DNA of 32,000 nt, taken from NCBI GenBank assembly GCA_964648855.1, contig CAZYLT010000001.1:360001-392000 (forward strand). Reading direction: 5' to 3'. Within the stretch, counting starts at the first letter, position 1; each line of letters opens with the position of its first letter. Below, piece by piece: positions 1 through 8,803 of the stretch. The stretch is from an uncultured archaeon (GTDB lineage Archaea > Asgardarchaeota > Thorarchaeia > Thorarchaeales > Thorarchaeaceae). Below the pieces are notes generated by a model. It had not been told where the DNA came from. It ran no database searches and saw only the letters and a program-made list of their open reading frames with translations. Both the position numbers and the translations under genes were made by a program.

Positions 1-852
1 ATGAACCTCTCCGTCTTTGTACAGGTCGACCCCTAACGTTGTCTTTTCTATATCAAGTAGGTCTGCCACACTCTTTACGGTGGTTCCCGGACCGAGTACA
101 TAGGTCCCATACTCATCCATGTTTTCAACAATGTATCGTGCAATTGCCTCCTGAGCTTCTCTCTCATCCACTGTTTCGGGGCTGGCTTGCTTGGCACCTT
201 GAAAGCGTGCAGGAACTGATGGCCCTTTCATATAGCCGTAGAGCCGAATTTCCAGTTTATCATTCCGGAAGGCTTCTTCATCAATATCCATTATTTCGAA
301 TTCTGTTTCGCCCGTCTGCCCCTCCTCAATCAGACGAATGACCTCTGCAGCGTCGCGAGGATTCAGAACAAAAATAGCGCTATACATCTTGACGCCAGCT
401 GGAATACCAATAACCAAGAGGTCCTCAAGACCATACTCTTTGATTGCATCTAAGATATCTCTGGCAGTACCGTCGCCACCAACAAAAGCAATTATCTCAA
501 CGCCTGCATCAGCCAATGCCTTCACGCATCGCTTAGTATCTTCAGCAGTGGTTTCATCGGAGATGTCCACGTCTATTGTTTCGAAGGGAATATTCTCATT
601 CTTGCATTCATTGCCCCCCATATCACCAGGACAGGCAGTCAAGGTGGGGTCATGTTTATTGTCATCGAAAAGGGGAGAAAGAGCATTGAGAAAGTCCTGT
701 GCTCGGTTTGGAGACACCGGCTCTGCGCCCAATTCTCTTGCCGTATCTACGACTCCGTCTGTTCCCTTAAGACCAACACGACCGCCCATCCCAGCAATAG
801 GATTCACTATGAAACCAATGTGCAACAATGTCAATTCATCCCTATGTAACAT
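1..852 (-). CDS. ATP-NAD kinase family protein (COG3199/AcoX-like), 3' end runs off the window
   Basis: Manual minus-strand translation gives LHIGFIVNPIAGMGGRVGLKGTDG near the start and YVLGPGTTVKSVADLLDIEKTTLGVD near position 1, both typical of this family. Absent from the ORF track because there is no stop in the window. Start may be ATG 852 or a TTG at 834/828. Confidence 0.85.
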   Translation of the reverse strand, partial: MLHRDELTLLHIGFIVNPIAGMGGRVGLKGTDGVVDTARELGAEPVSPNRAQDFLNALSPLFDDNKHDPTLTACPGDMGGNECKNENIPFETIDVDISDETTAEDTKRCVKALADAGVEIIAFVGGDGTARDILDAIKEYGLEDLLVIGIPAGVKMYSAIFVLNPRDAAEVIRLIEEGQTGETEFEIMDIDEEAFRNDKLEIRLYGYMKGPSVPARFQGAKQASPETVDEREAQEAIARYIVENMDEYGTYVLGPGTTVKSVADLLDIEKTTLGVDLYKDGEVH

Positions 853-1162
853 ATATCTGTATAATCTACACTATAGGGCTTTTGATAGATTCATTTCTAA
901 GGCGTCTACTTCTGGTTGGGAAAAGATACGAGTACATAGAATCCTTCAAGTCTGTTTATCGAACAGACGCATGCCAACGTATTTTACATTTTCATGACAT
1001 AAAAAGTGCCAGGTGCGTTTCATCTTGGATATCAAAGGACTTGGCATTATTCTCGTGTTAGTTCTAGCAATTAGCTCTCCCGGGCCTATTGTCTATCCTA
1101 GATACCAATTCCCATAATTCTCATCATAATCTTGCTAAGGAGAAAGCATGCTTAACCTAGAA

Positions 1163-2287
1163 TTAGTAGTTAAAATCTATCATGAATTCAGATGAGATTC
1201 TCCATGACTTTGATTTCTCGTCAAATGTTTCAGGCCATATTCCATAGACCTCAGTGTTCTCATAGTCAACCATAGAAACCATAAGGTCGGAGCTATTGCC
1301 ATGAACGTACTCTAATACACGCGACATGTGAGAAGGTGGCAATCTCAGGTACCAGAACAAGAATTCATCCGCAATTTTCAGTGTTGACCTGAAGGGAATA
1401 GGATTGGAAAGCATCTTCGCCTGTAGCTCCAAAGCAAATCTCTGTTCCACATTAGCGGTAAGAATCACATTGCTATAGAGATCAAATGCCTCTGGGTCTA
1501 TGAAGACATGATATCCTTGTATGAAGTGATCCTGCAATAACTTTAGTCGACGAGAGAATTCCTGTGATGAGAATTCTATACCTCTTTTGGATAATTTGTC
1601 AATTATCGCCTTCTGCTTTCTTCGAGCTCCATGAACCAGGTCGCTGAGAATATACATATCGTTCTTGGAAAGCAAGTCCAGCCTTGGAACGCTTTGCCTA
1701 GGTTTCTTCACAGACGGAATCTCGATTGTGGATTCAATCCAAGAAGACCAATCAAAACCCCATGTGAAAGAATTGTTGTCCCAATGTTCTAATCGGGCTA
1801 TACTAAAGATTGGCGCCGTGTTGGTAGTTGGCAGTATCCAAAAACTATCTAGGTGATTCTCATCGACCTTTGACTCAAGCAGAGTCCTTAGCTGATTCTG
1901 AGAGCCAAGCGGAATACGGAATTGTGCGAATAGTCCCGGAAAACCTCCATAGGATCGTGCACGATATTTCGTGTAGGGATGTGCATCACAGAGCTGCTCC
2001 AAATTCCTAATGGAATCGTAATTATCCGTCTTGAGGAATACCTCAACTGTATAGAGTGCTAAAGCTGCTTCATCAAATTCTGGCACAACTCTGAAGAACT
2101 TCTTTGGAGAGTCATTTGATTTACCATCCAGCCACTTCAGGTATTTGGACACGGTCGAGCGAGAGAAATCTACTCGGTGAGACAAGTCCTTGGTTGTCTC
2201 TAATGGTCCTTCCTGTAGTGCCAGCAGCAGGCTCAAATGCTTACCTGTCAGTCTGAATGTCTCCAATAAATTACCCTCTGAAATCAA
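1163..2287 (-). CDS. Tandem winged-HTH (Lrp/AsnC-like) transcriptional regulator
   Basis: Two HTH-like segments (LLLALQEGPLETTKDLSHRVDFSRSTVSKYLKWL; ILSDLVHGARRKQKAI...SSQEFSRRLKLL), each followed by an alpha/beta domain ending in similar motifs (EHWDNNSFTW / ETFDEKSKSW). Confidence 0.75.
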   Translation of the reverse strand: MISEGNLLETFRLTGKHLSLLLALQEGPLETTKDLSHRVDFSRSTVSKYLKWLDGKSNDSPKKFFRVVPEFDEAALALYTVEVFLKTDNYDSIRNLEQLCDAHPYTKYRARSYGGFPGLFAQFRIPLGSQNQLRTLLESKVDENHLDSFWILPTTNTAPIFSIARLEHWDNNSFTWGFDWSSWIESTIEIPSVKKPRQSVPRLDLLSKNDMYILSDLVHGARRKQKAIIDKLSKRGIEFSSQEFSRRLKLLQDHFIQGYHVFIDPEAFDLYSNVILTANVEQRFALELQAKMLSNPIPFRSTLKIADEFLFWYLRLPPSHMSRVLEYVHGNSSDLMVSMVDYENTEVYGIWPETFDEKSKSWRISSEFMIDFNY

Positions 2288-2310
2288 GATTCTCAGTTTG
2301 TGATTTCACA

Positions 2311-2781
2311 TTATAGCACAGTGACCGTGATATGCGGGTCGCCTGCTCCAGAACCGGTTGGTGGGTCGAAGTCATAGCTGTCTGTTGTATACCCATAGAC
2401 CGATCCGCCAAAAGCTAACGCATCAATCAAGACATTATACCAACCAGACTCCCACGCAGAATCAAACCAAGTCAGACGAATTCTGATTGAATCGAATTTG
2501 CCCACGAGTGTAACCATAGCCAATAACTCAGCGCCAGATGGCAGAGTAAGTGTGAAATAGAAGTCGGTCTTCTGTGGGCTCTTGTAGCCTTCAGTGACTT
2601 CACAGAGATATTCTATTATTATGTCATCTTCTTGACCGTCGGCGTCAACATCGGCGTAGTATGCATTCTCTATAGTGACTTGGAATCTGGAACTGACAGC
2701 TGAAACCCCTTGAACCATTGATAGAAAAATCAATGGTAGCAATGCTAGTGCTAAGAGTCTTGCTTTGTTTCCATATTTCAT
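2311..2781 (-). CDS. Secreted hypothetical protein, beta-rich, DxDxDG motif
   Basis: Signal-peptide-like N-terminus (MKYGNKARLLALALLPLIFLSMVQGVSA); DVDADGQEDD Ca-binding-like loop. Confidence 0.75.
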   Translation of the reverse strand: MKYGNKARLLALALLPLIFLSMVQGVSAVSSRFQVTIENAYYADVDADGQEDDIIIEYLCEVTEGYKSPQKTDFYFTLTLPSGAELLAMVTLVGKFDSIRIRLTWFDSAWESGWYNVLIDALAFGGSVYGYTTDSYDFDPPTGSGAGDPHITVTVL

Positions 2782-2782
2782 A

Positions 2783-2825
2783 GTTTGGGAAAATGTAAAG
2801 CGTCTTATATATGTCTTCGGAAATT
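2783..2825 (-). promoter_or_regulatory. Promoter/operator copy A (AATTTC-N10-TATAAG-N6-TACATTTTCCCAAAC)
   Basis: 15-bp exact match and identical spacing to 4865-4907; directly upstream of ATG 2781. Confidence 0.7.
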
Positions 2826-2859
2826 AAAAAAAGAAGGGGGATGAGGGAGTTCCCTCATC
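2826..2859 (-). terminator. Hairpin plus U-tract after the S8 protease gene
   Basis: GATGAGGGA-GT-TCCCTCATC inverted repeat (2840-2859) overlapping the stop codon, followed on the minus strand by CCCCTTCTTTTTTT. Confidence 0.6.
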
Positions 2860-4861
2860 AAATTGTAAATGTTTCTGATGTTTCGACGTTGGCCGTGGCG
2901 TCGTAGGTATAACTACTATGAGCTACATTCGTGACGGTCACTGTATATGTGCCCTGGGGAGATCTCCCTAGGTCAAAAATGGCCACACCATTTGTTCCGG
3001 TGGTTGCAGTATAGGTACTGATGCTTCCGTCAGGATATTCCAAGTCTATGGTAACTTCCGCACCACTCACTGCATTTCCATTTGAGTCAACAACTGTAAT
3101 TTCAATTGTCAACCAAGCATGTGGACCTCGATAGGTCGCAGAGTACGAAATATCTGCAACATGCATGCTTCCGTCACTGCTTCCGCCATCATTACTTACC
3201 GTAACTCCTACGCTATCTGAAGCAGTCTGACTGGCTGTGTCAGTGACTCGAGCGTTAATGGTATGGTCACCATCTGCTACACCTGTTGTGTCCCAGTCAT
3301 AGTAGTAATAACCATCCGAATCGACATTGTTAGTTATGTCAATCCAGTTCCCACCATCGATGTTCACTTCAACCGTGGAAACACCATTGTCGTCGCTGGC
3401 TGATACCTTGATCCTGTACGTACCACTCACTGTCTCTCCTTCTGTTGGAGCGTGAATTGATGCAGTTGGTGGGTTGTCAGTGGGTTCAGTTCCGCCACCA
3501 GTAACATAGTCCAAGGCGTCCTTTGCTTGTGCTATGCCCCAGCCGTATGTGTTGTCTTCTCCTTCCTCACCCATATCCATGGCTGTTGTCTTAAGTACCT
3601 CTTTGACATTGAAGGAAGTTAGACCAGAGTCGGCTTGTCGAAGTAGTGCGCCAATTCCGGCGGCCATGGGCGTAGCCATAGAGGTTCCGCTGTAAGTAAC
3701 ATATCCGCTTCCACTATTGGCCTCGGCTGCAGTTATGGATGAACCGGCAGCACAAATTTCGGGTTTTATTCTTCCATCACCAGTCGGACCCTCATTGCTG
3801 AAGCTTGAGTGGGTTCCGTCATCATTGACAGATCCTACTGTAATTGCGTAGCGTGATGCCGATGGACATCCTATGGTGTTATACCCATACAGACGTTCAG
3901 GGTGACCGTGATTGCCTGCAGCAACAAAGAGAGCAATGTCGTTCTCCATTATGGAGTCTGCCATCAAACAAATCTCACCTGTACCATCGGATGAACTAGA
4001 TGGGTTGGTTGATAGACTCATTGAGGCGATATTGATGTTGTAGGTTGTCCGGTAATCAATAATCCACTGCATGCCAGCAAGAACACCTTCAAGGGTTCCA
4101 CCGCCGCCAGAGTCAAGGACCTTAACTCCGACTAGCTGAGCAGCATATGCAACTCCGCGATATCTGGAATCACCCTCTCCAGTCCCAGCAGCGATGCTTG
4201 AACAATGGGTTCCATGTCCATTATCATCGTATGCTACAACAGGAGTTGATAAGTCATCTTGACCGTTCACTACATCCTTGAAGGCGACGACTTTGTAGGT
4301 GTTGTATGGATCATCGTCATCCAGGTCAACATGGGTATTGTCGATTCCCGTGTCTAGGACAGCGATAACCATTCCTTCTCCGCGATAATCGTAGGATTGA
4401 TATGCTTCAGGAACCTGCACAATGGGCAGTCCGCTATCAAGTGTTGCCTGTACCTCAATATTTGCATCAGATATTCTGATGACATCTTGTGAAGCACTGA
4501 GGTATTTCATGTTTCGTCGTGGGATATCTATCGATAGAGCCCCGATTGCGTCGTACCTGTATCTGACTTTTGCATCCAGCATGGGGAGCATATCTTCCAA
4601 GCTTGGAGAGGCAGTCACAATTACAGATACGCGTTCGTTTTGTTTCAGCTCTGCTAATTTTGGCTCAAATTCATCAACAATCTTGTTACCGTTCTGGTCC
4701 CAGCTATGGGTTACAATAGTGGTGCCCTTAGGTTGGGCTATAACTAGACCGGCAATCGCCACTGTCAAGAATAAGAACGCAAAGGAGCAAGCTAGATACT
4801 TGTATCCGCGTTTTTTCAAATCTCTCACATCCAGAGGCCTTTCAAAATAGGCCTCAGGCAT
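2858..4861 (-). CDS. Secreted S8 (subtilisin-like) serine peptidase with propeptide and two C-terminal Ig-like domains
   Basis: Catalytic triad motifs AVLDTG, GHGTHC, SGTSMATP and oxyanion AAGN; hydrophobic signal segment; Big_7-like domain (PPTASIHAPTEGETVSG...WDTTGVADGDHTINARVTD). Start set at ATG 4861 from promoter spacing. Confidence 0.93.
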   Translation of the reverse strand: MPEAYFERPLDVRDLKKRGYKYLACSFAFLFLTVAIAGLVIAQPKGTTIVTHSWDQNGNKIVDEFEPKLAELKQNERVSVIVTASPSLEDMLPMLDAKVRYRYDAIGALSIDIPRRNMKYLSASQDVIRISDANIEVQATLDSGLPIVQVPEAYQSYDYRGEGMVIAVLDTGIDNTHVDLDDDDPYNTYKVVAFKDVVNGQDDLSTPVVAYDDNGHGTHCSSIAAGTGEGDSRYRGVAYAAQLVGVKVLDSGGGGTLEGVLAGMQWIIDYRTTYNINIASMSLSTNPSSSSDGTGEICLMADSIMENDIALFVAAGNHGHPERLYGYNTIGCPSASRYAITVGSVNDDGTHSSFSNEGPTGDGRIKPEICAAGSSITAAEANSGSGYVTYSGTSMATPMAAGIGALLRQADSGLTSFNVKEVLKTTAMDMGEEGEDNTYGWGIAQAKDALDYVTGGGTEPTDNPPTASIHAPTEGETVSGTYRIKVSASDDNGVSTVEVNIDGGNWIDITNNVDSDGYYYYDWDTTGVADGDHTINARVTDTASQTASDSVGVTVSNDGGSSDGSMHVADISYSATYRGPHAWLTIEITVVDSNGNAVSGAEVTIDLEYPDGSISTYTATTGTNGVAIFDLGRSPQGTYTVTVTNVAHSSYTYDATANVETSETFTI

Positions 4862-4864
4862 AGT

Positions 4865-4907
4865 GTTTGGGAAAATGTACACTAGCTTATAAGTATATCT
4901 AGAAATT
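4865..4907 (-). promoter_or_regulatory. Promoter/operator copy B
   Basis: GTTTGGGAAAATGTA (4865-4879), CTTATA (4886-4891) and GAAATT (4902-4907) at the same offsets as copy A. Confidence 0.7.
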
Positions 4908-5006
4908 TCCCGCTTTGACTGTCATGGACGAAAATGCTAGACGGAATAACACATCACCTTCGTACTGGTCGAACATAACATCAAAATCACAGAAACTCAC
5001 ATCTAC

Positions 5007-5597
5007 TCAGGTAGGCAGATGCAGAGCACCCACATCAGACGCGGATTGAATCCAAAAACAGACTCGAACAAGTACTTCCTCAAGAAAGCGAGGCCGGTCA
5101 CTTGGCTTGGCATCCTTCGGCCACCGATTACGTCTGTACTCGTCGAACTTCTGGAATGTTCGCCCGTATTTGGTGGTCATCGGTATCTCGACGTAGCGAT
5201 CACATACTGTCGTGAGGGCACGGATAAGAGGCGCATATTCAAACTTGATCCGTAATAACCACTTCGTGATGGCACGGAAGAATGCGCGGTCATCGGTGCC
5301 TTCCCACGGAATATCCATCATCCCTTCGCGATCTTCACCACGAACCCTCTGGCTGTTGAAGTCGCAGTCGCTGCTGTGAGTGCAACGAGCTCTCACAAAC
5401 ACCTTTTTGTCGGTAAACCACAGAACTACTCTATGGTCCCCCTTTTTCTGAAGAAGCTCTTTATGGTCGCCGGCAGGAAAGATCAACTCTATCGTTCCCG
5501 GGTCTTTGAATTTGAAATCCTTCTTGAAGTATAATTGCATGGCCCAGGTGATAGGAGGGATAGTATTTACTGGATAGAGCTCGCTTCGGTCAGTCAT
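5007..5597 (-). CDS. Hypothetical protein (soluble, 196 aa)
   Basis: Clean ATG-initiated ORF with globular composition, co-oriented downstream of the Rab-like gene; no family recognised. Confidence 0.75.
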   Translation of the reverse strand: MTDRSELYPVNTIPPITWAMQLYFKKDFKFKDPGTIELIFPAGDHKELLQKKGDHRVVLWFTDKKVFVRARCTHSSDCDFNSQRVRGEDREGMMDIPWEGTDDRAFFRAITKWLLRIKFEYAPLIRALTTVCDRYVEIPMTTKYGRTFQKFDEYRRNRWPKDAKPSDRPRFLEEVLVRVCFWIQSASDVGALHLPT

Positions 5598-5706
5598 GTC
5601 TACTCAGCTGGCTGTTTCTTAATGGATAATAGGATAGAATCCAGTGGTCTTGCTAATCTAAGTCTTGTCCTCCATGAATTGGACCATGAGATAGAACACA
5701 GCGAAA

Positions 5707-6249
5707 TTATTCGCTTGAGCGTCTAGTACTAACGAGTGTCTTTCCAAGATTCTCGAAGATGTCAACGATACCCTCGCCCGTCTTTGCAGATGACTCCACG
5801 TAGGGCATGCCGTGTGCATCAGCGAATTCCCTGCCCTCCTTTGGCTCAACCACACGGTCAGGCAAGTCCGTCTTGTTTGCAACTAGCACCAAGGGAATCT
5901 TTTTCTTAATCGCCTTTTCCAATTCATTGAGCCACTCATCAAGCAGAAGGAATGTTCGGCGTCGGGTGACATCGAATACGAGCACGCCGCCGCTTGAACC
6001 TCTATAGTACATTGGTCTCAAAATCTGAAAGCGGCTCTGCCCCGCCACGTCCCAGATTTGCAGCTTCACAGTCAGGTTTTCACGGCTCTCACGTATATCG
6101 ATATTCTTGACAGCGAACTGAGAGCCTATCGTTGTCTTGTAATCGGTACGGAAGAAGCCATGAGAGAAGCGAGTGACGATTGCAGTTTTTCCTACTGCAC
6201 CCTCTCCGAGAATGACCACTTTAAACAGGTAATCGTACGTACTGCTCAT
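5707..6249 (-). CDS. Rab-like small GTPase (Ras superfamily)
   Basis: G1 GEGAVGKT, G2 TTIG, G3 WDVAGQ, G4 NKTD, G5 SAK; Rab-type N-terminus YDYLFK plus KLQIW, YYRG and LVFDVT. ATG at 6249. Confidence 0.95.
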   Translation of the reverse strand: MSSTYDYLFKVVILGEGAVGKTAIVTRFSHGFFRTDYKTTIGSQFAVKNIDIRESRENLTVKLQIWDVAGQSRFQILRPMYYRGSSGGVLVFDVTRRRTFLLLDEWLNELEKAIKKKIPLVLVANKTDLPDRVVEPKEGREFADAHGMPYVESSAKTGEGIVDIFENLGKTLVSTRRSSE

Positions 6250-6294
6250 CAGATTCAATTCCGACTCTTGTTTTGAGTGAAACGGTTGGGCTCA

Positions 6295-6310
6295 ACCTAA
6301 CGCGTTAGGT
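6295..6310. promoter_or_regulatory. Perfect 16-bp palindrome upstream of the Rab-like gene
   Basis: ACCTAACG-CGTTAGGT, 46-61 bp upstream of ATG 6249. Confidence 0.45.
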
Positions 6311-6371
6311 GCGCAGGCATCTAATAAGGTTTCGTTAGACCTAGAACTCTGCTATTGTATTAGCGATCCCA

Positions 6372-7214
6372 CTACTTCTTTTTCTCAAGAATTACCTCTG
6401 TGTCTTTCAGTCGTTGGCGGTCGAGGTCACCCTGAGCCCACTTCATAAATTTCTTGAGTAACCGATTGAAATTTTCTGGCTGCTGAACCATGGGGGAATG
6501 GTCGGCATTTCTTATGACTGCGATATCAGCTCGGGGAAGGGATTTCTCGAGCTCCCAAGCAACATTTGGGGGGATAATGTCATCATCATCTCCAACAATG
6601 ACCAAGGCAGGCATTTTGATTTCATCAAGTCTGTCAGAGATATTGAAGTCATCACAAACGTCCAAATCGCGGAAAATGCTCTTGGCGTTGAATTTTGTCA
6701 CCGTCTCTTGAAACTTGTTGAGAGAAAAAGTCTTGAAGTCTACATCGAGCGCTTCGGTTTCATAGGGTGGACTGTGGTCTTCAAATGCTTCAATGATGAG
6801 GCCTTTCACCAGTTTTCGAAGATTTAGGTCGGAAGAGGTGCCCACTAACACAATGGCATACGGAAGAGACACATCATGGCGTAGACAATATGCCATGACA
6901 ATACCTCCACCCATTGAGTGTCCAATAAGGGCGAAGTCATCTATCTCAAGGTGGTCTATCAGGGCGGCGACCTGGTCGGTGAATCCGTTTTCTATGGAGG
7001 GAGGCTTTGCAAACCTGTCACTCAGCCCATGACCGGACATGTCCAAGGCAATCACACGGTAGTCTTCCTTGAGTTTCAGTAACTGCAAGCTCCAAATCAG
7101 ATGAGAAGAGCCAGCTCCATGTATGAAGATCAAGACGGGAGTATCCTTCTGTTCATGCCGATCATCAAAATCGACATAATGGAGTCTGCAACCTCGGAAC
7201 TCAAAATATGGCAT
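6372..7214 (-). CDS. Alpha/beta-fold hydrolase
   Basis: HGAG oxyanion loop, GHSMGG nucleophile elbow, Asp in VGDDDDIIP, His in ADHSP. Confidence 0.92.
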   Translation of the reverse strand: MPYFEFRGCRLHYVDFDDRHEQKDTPVLIFIHGAGSSHLIWSLQLLKLKEDYRVIALDMSGHGLSDRFAKPPSIENGFTDQVAALIDHLEIDDFALIGHSMGGGIVMAYCLRHDVSLPYAIVLVGTSSDLNLRKLVKGLIIEAFEDHSPPYETEALDVDFKTFSLNKFQETVTKFNAKSIFRDLDVCDDFNISDRLDEIKMPALVIVGDDDDIIPPNVAWELEKSLPRADIAVIRNADHSPMVQQPENFNRLLKKFMKWAQGDLDRQRLKDTEVILEKKK

Positions 7215-7340
7215 GTGATGACCTCGTGTCTTTTCCCATAGAATACGAGCACTGCATATATTCGTTCTCTGGATAGTTGGCTGGGCTCATCGTCAGTTAC
7301 CTTTTTCTTTCAGTGGCGAGATGAAGGGCATGTGAAAAGA

Positions 7341-8720
7341 ATGGCAGAAAAATTGTTTGGAACAACGGGTATACGGAAAATATACGGCTCCGAATTCACC
7401 CTAGATATGGCAATGAAGTTGGGGAGAGCACTAGGCACATATCTCCAAACAGGAAGAATACTCATTGCAAGGGACACCCGAACAACAGGGAAAATGGTTG
7501 TCGATGCATTCGTATCAGGGGTACTCTCAACGGGCATCGATGTGACCCGGCTGGGTATAGTTCCAACACCGACATTGGCATACCTGACCAGAAAAAGGGT
7601 ATTTGATGCGGGCGTGATGGTAACCGCGTCCCATAACCCCCCAGAATATACAGGCATAAAATTTTGGCATAAGGATAGCATGGGATACACTTCAGAGATG
7701 GAGAGAGAAATCGAGAGGCTCTACCAATCACAAGAATTTCAGGTAGCACCGTGGAACGAGCTGGGTCAAGAAGCTGTCTTGGAGGATGCAGTAGAGGAAC
7801 ATATCTCTGACATCATCGACCACTGTGATAGTGAAGCCATCAGTCGCCAAGAGTTCAAGGTCATTGTCGATCCCGGAAATGGAGCAGCATGTGTCTTGAC
7901 TCCGTATCTTATGCGGAAACTAGGTTGTAAGGTTATCACAATCAATGGGCAGCCAGATGGGCATTTTCCTGGAAGAAGGTCTGAACCAGAAGAGGAAACT
8001 CTACAAGACCTCATTCATATGGTGAAAAAGCAGGGAGCGGATCTGGGAATCGCTCATGATGGAGATTCCGATCGAGGAGTATTTGTGACTGAAACAGGAG
8101 AAGTCGTAAGAGGAGACAGAACCATTGCCCTACTTGCAAAGACACTCTTGAAGAATGCCAAAACGGGCGTAGTTGTAACCACAGTGGATAGTTCAAAGGT
8201 TCTCGACGAAACGGTTCAGAGGGCTGGCGGGGATATTGTTCGGACACCAGTTGGCGACATCCAGGTTGCAGTCAAGCTAAAGGAGCTTGAAGGTATTATG
8301 GGAGGAGAAGCCTGTGGAGTGTTCATATTTCCTTCATTTCACATTGCACCAGAGCCTTTCCTGGCTGCTTGCAAGATACTGGAGATGATGGCTCACGTCG
8401 GAAAAAGCTTTGGCGAGCTGGTTTCTGAGATTCCGGTATACCCGTTATTGAAAACAAAGCTTGAGGTGGCGAATAATAGGAAGGAACCGGTCATGAAGGA
8501 ACTCTCAAAGATGTTACCAAAAAAGATAGATGGAATTCAAGATGTGATTACGGTAGATGGCATCGGATTAGTCCTAGATGATGGGTGGATTCTTGTAAGA
8601 CCATCAGGAACGGAACCGGTCATAAGGATAACTTGCGAAGCATCAACTGACGACCGAGCTCACGAAGTACTGGACTCATGTAAGCGAGTTGTAAAGAAGA
8701 CAATCTCTTCCCAGAAATAA
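7341..8720 (+). CDS. glmM: Phosphoglucosamine mutase / phosphohexomutase (archaeal GlmM/PMM type)
   Basis: LFGTTGIR, catalytic TASHNP, metal loop DGDSDR, phosphate loop VRPSGTEP. Confidence 0.88.
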   Translation: MAEKLFGTTGIRKIYGSEFTLDMAMKLGRALGTYLQTGRILIARDTRTTGKMVVDAFVSGVLSTGIDVTRLGIVPTPTLAYLTRKRVFDAGVMVTASHNPPEYTGIKFWHKDSMGYTSEMEREIERLYQSQEFQVAPWNELGQEAVLEDAVEEHISDIIDHCDSEAISRQEFKVIVDPGNGAACVLTPYLMRKLGCKVITINGQPDGHFPGRRSEPEEETLQDLIHMVKKQGADLGIAHDGDSDRGVFVTETGEVVRGDRTIALLAKTLLKNAKTGVVVTTVDSSKVLDETVQRAGGDIVRTPVGDIQVAVKLKELEGIMGGEACGVFIFPSFHIAPEPFLAACKILEMMAHVGKSFGELVSEIPVYPLLKTKLEVANNRKEPVMKELSKMLPKKIDGIQDVITVDGIGLVLDDGWILVRPSGTEPVIRITCEASTDDRAHEVLDSCKRVVKKTISSQK

Positions 8721-8755
8721 TAAGGGCAGAATAGCTTGGTCCTGTGCAAACAAGC

Positions 8756-8761
8756 TTTATA
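8756..8761 (+). promoter_or_regulatory. TATA box for the 8804 gene
   Basis: TTTATA about 43 bp upstream of ATG 8804, preceded by A-rich AAACAAGC. Confidence 0.45.
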
Positions 8762-8803
8762 GCCCAAACGAAATAAACGGTACAAAGAACGGAGCCAAAT
8801 CCA

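Noticed and set aside
338-997. 219-aa plus-strand ORF (and 39-341)
   Set aside because: Antisense shadow of the minus-strand ATP-NAD kinase gene.
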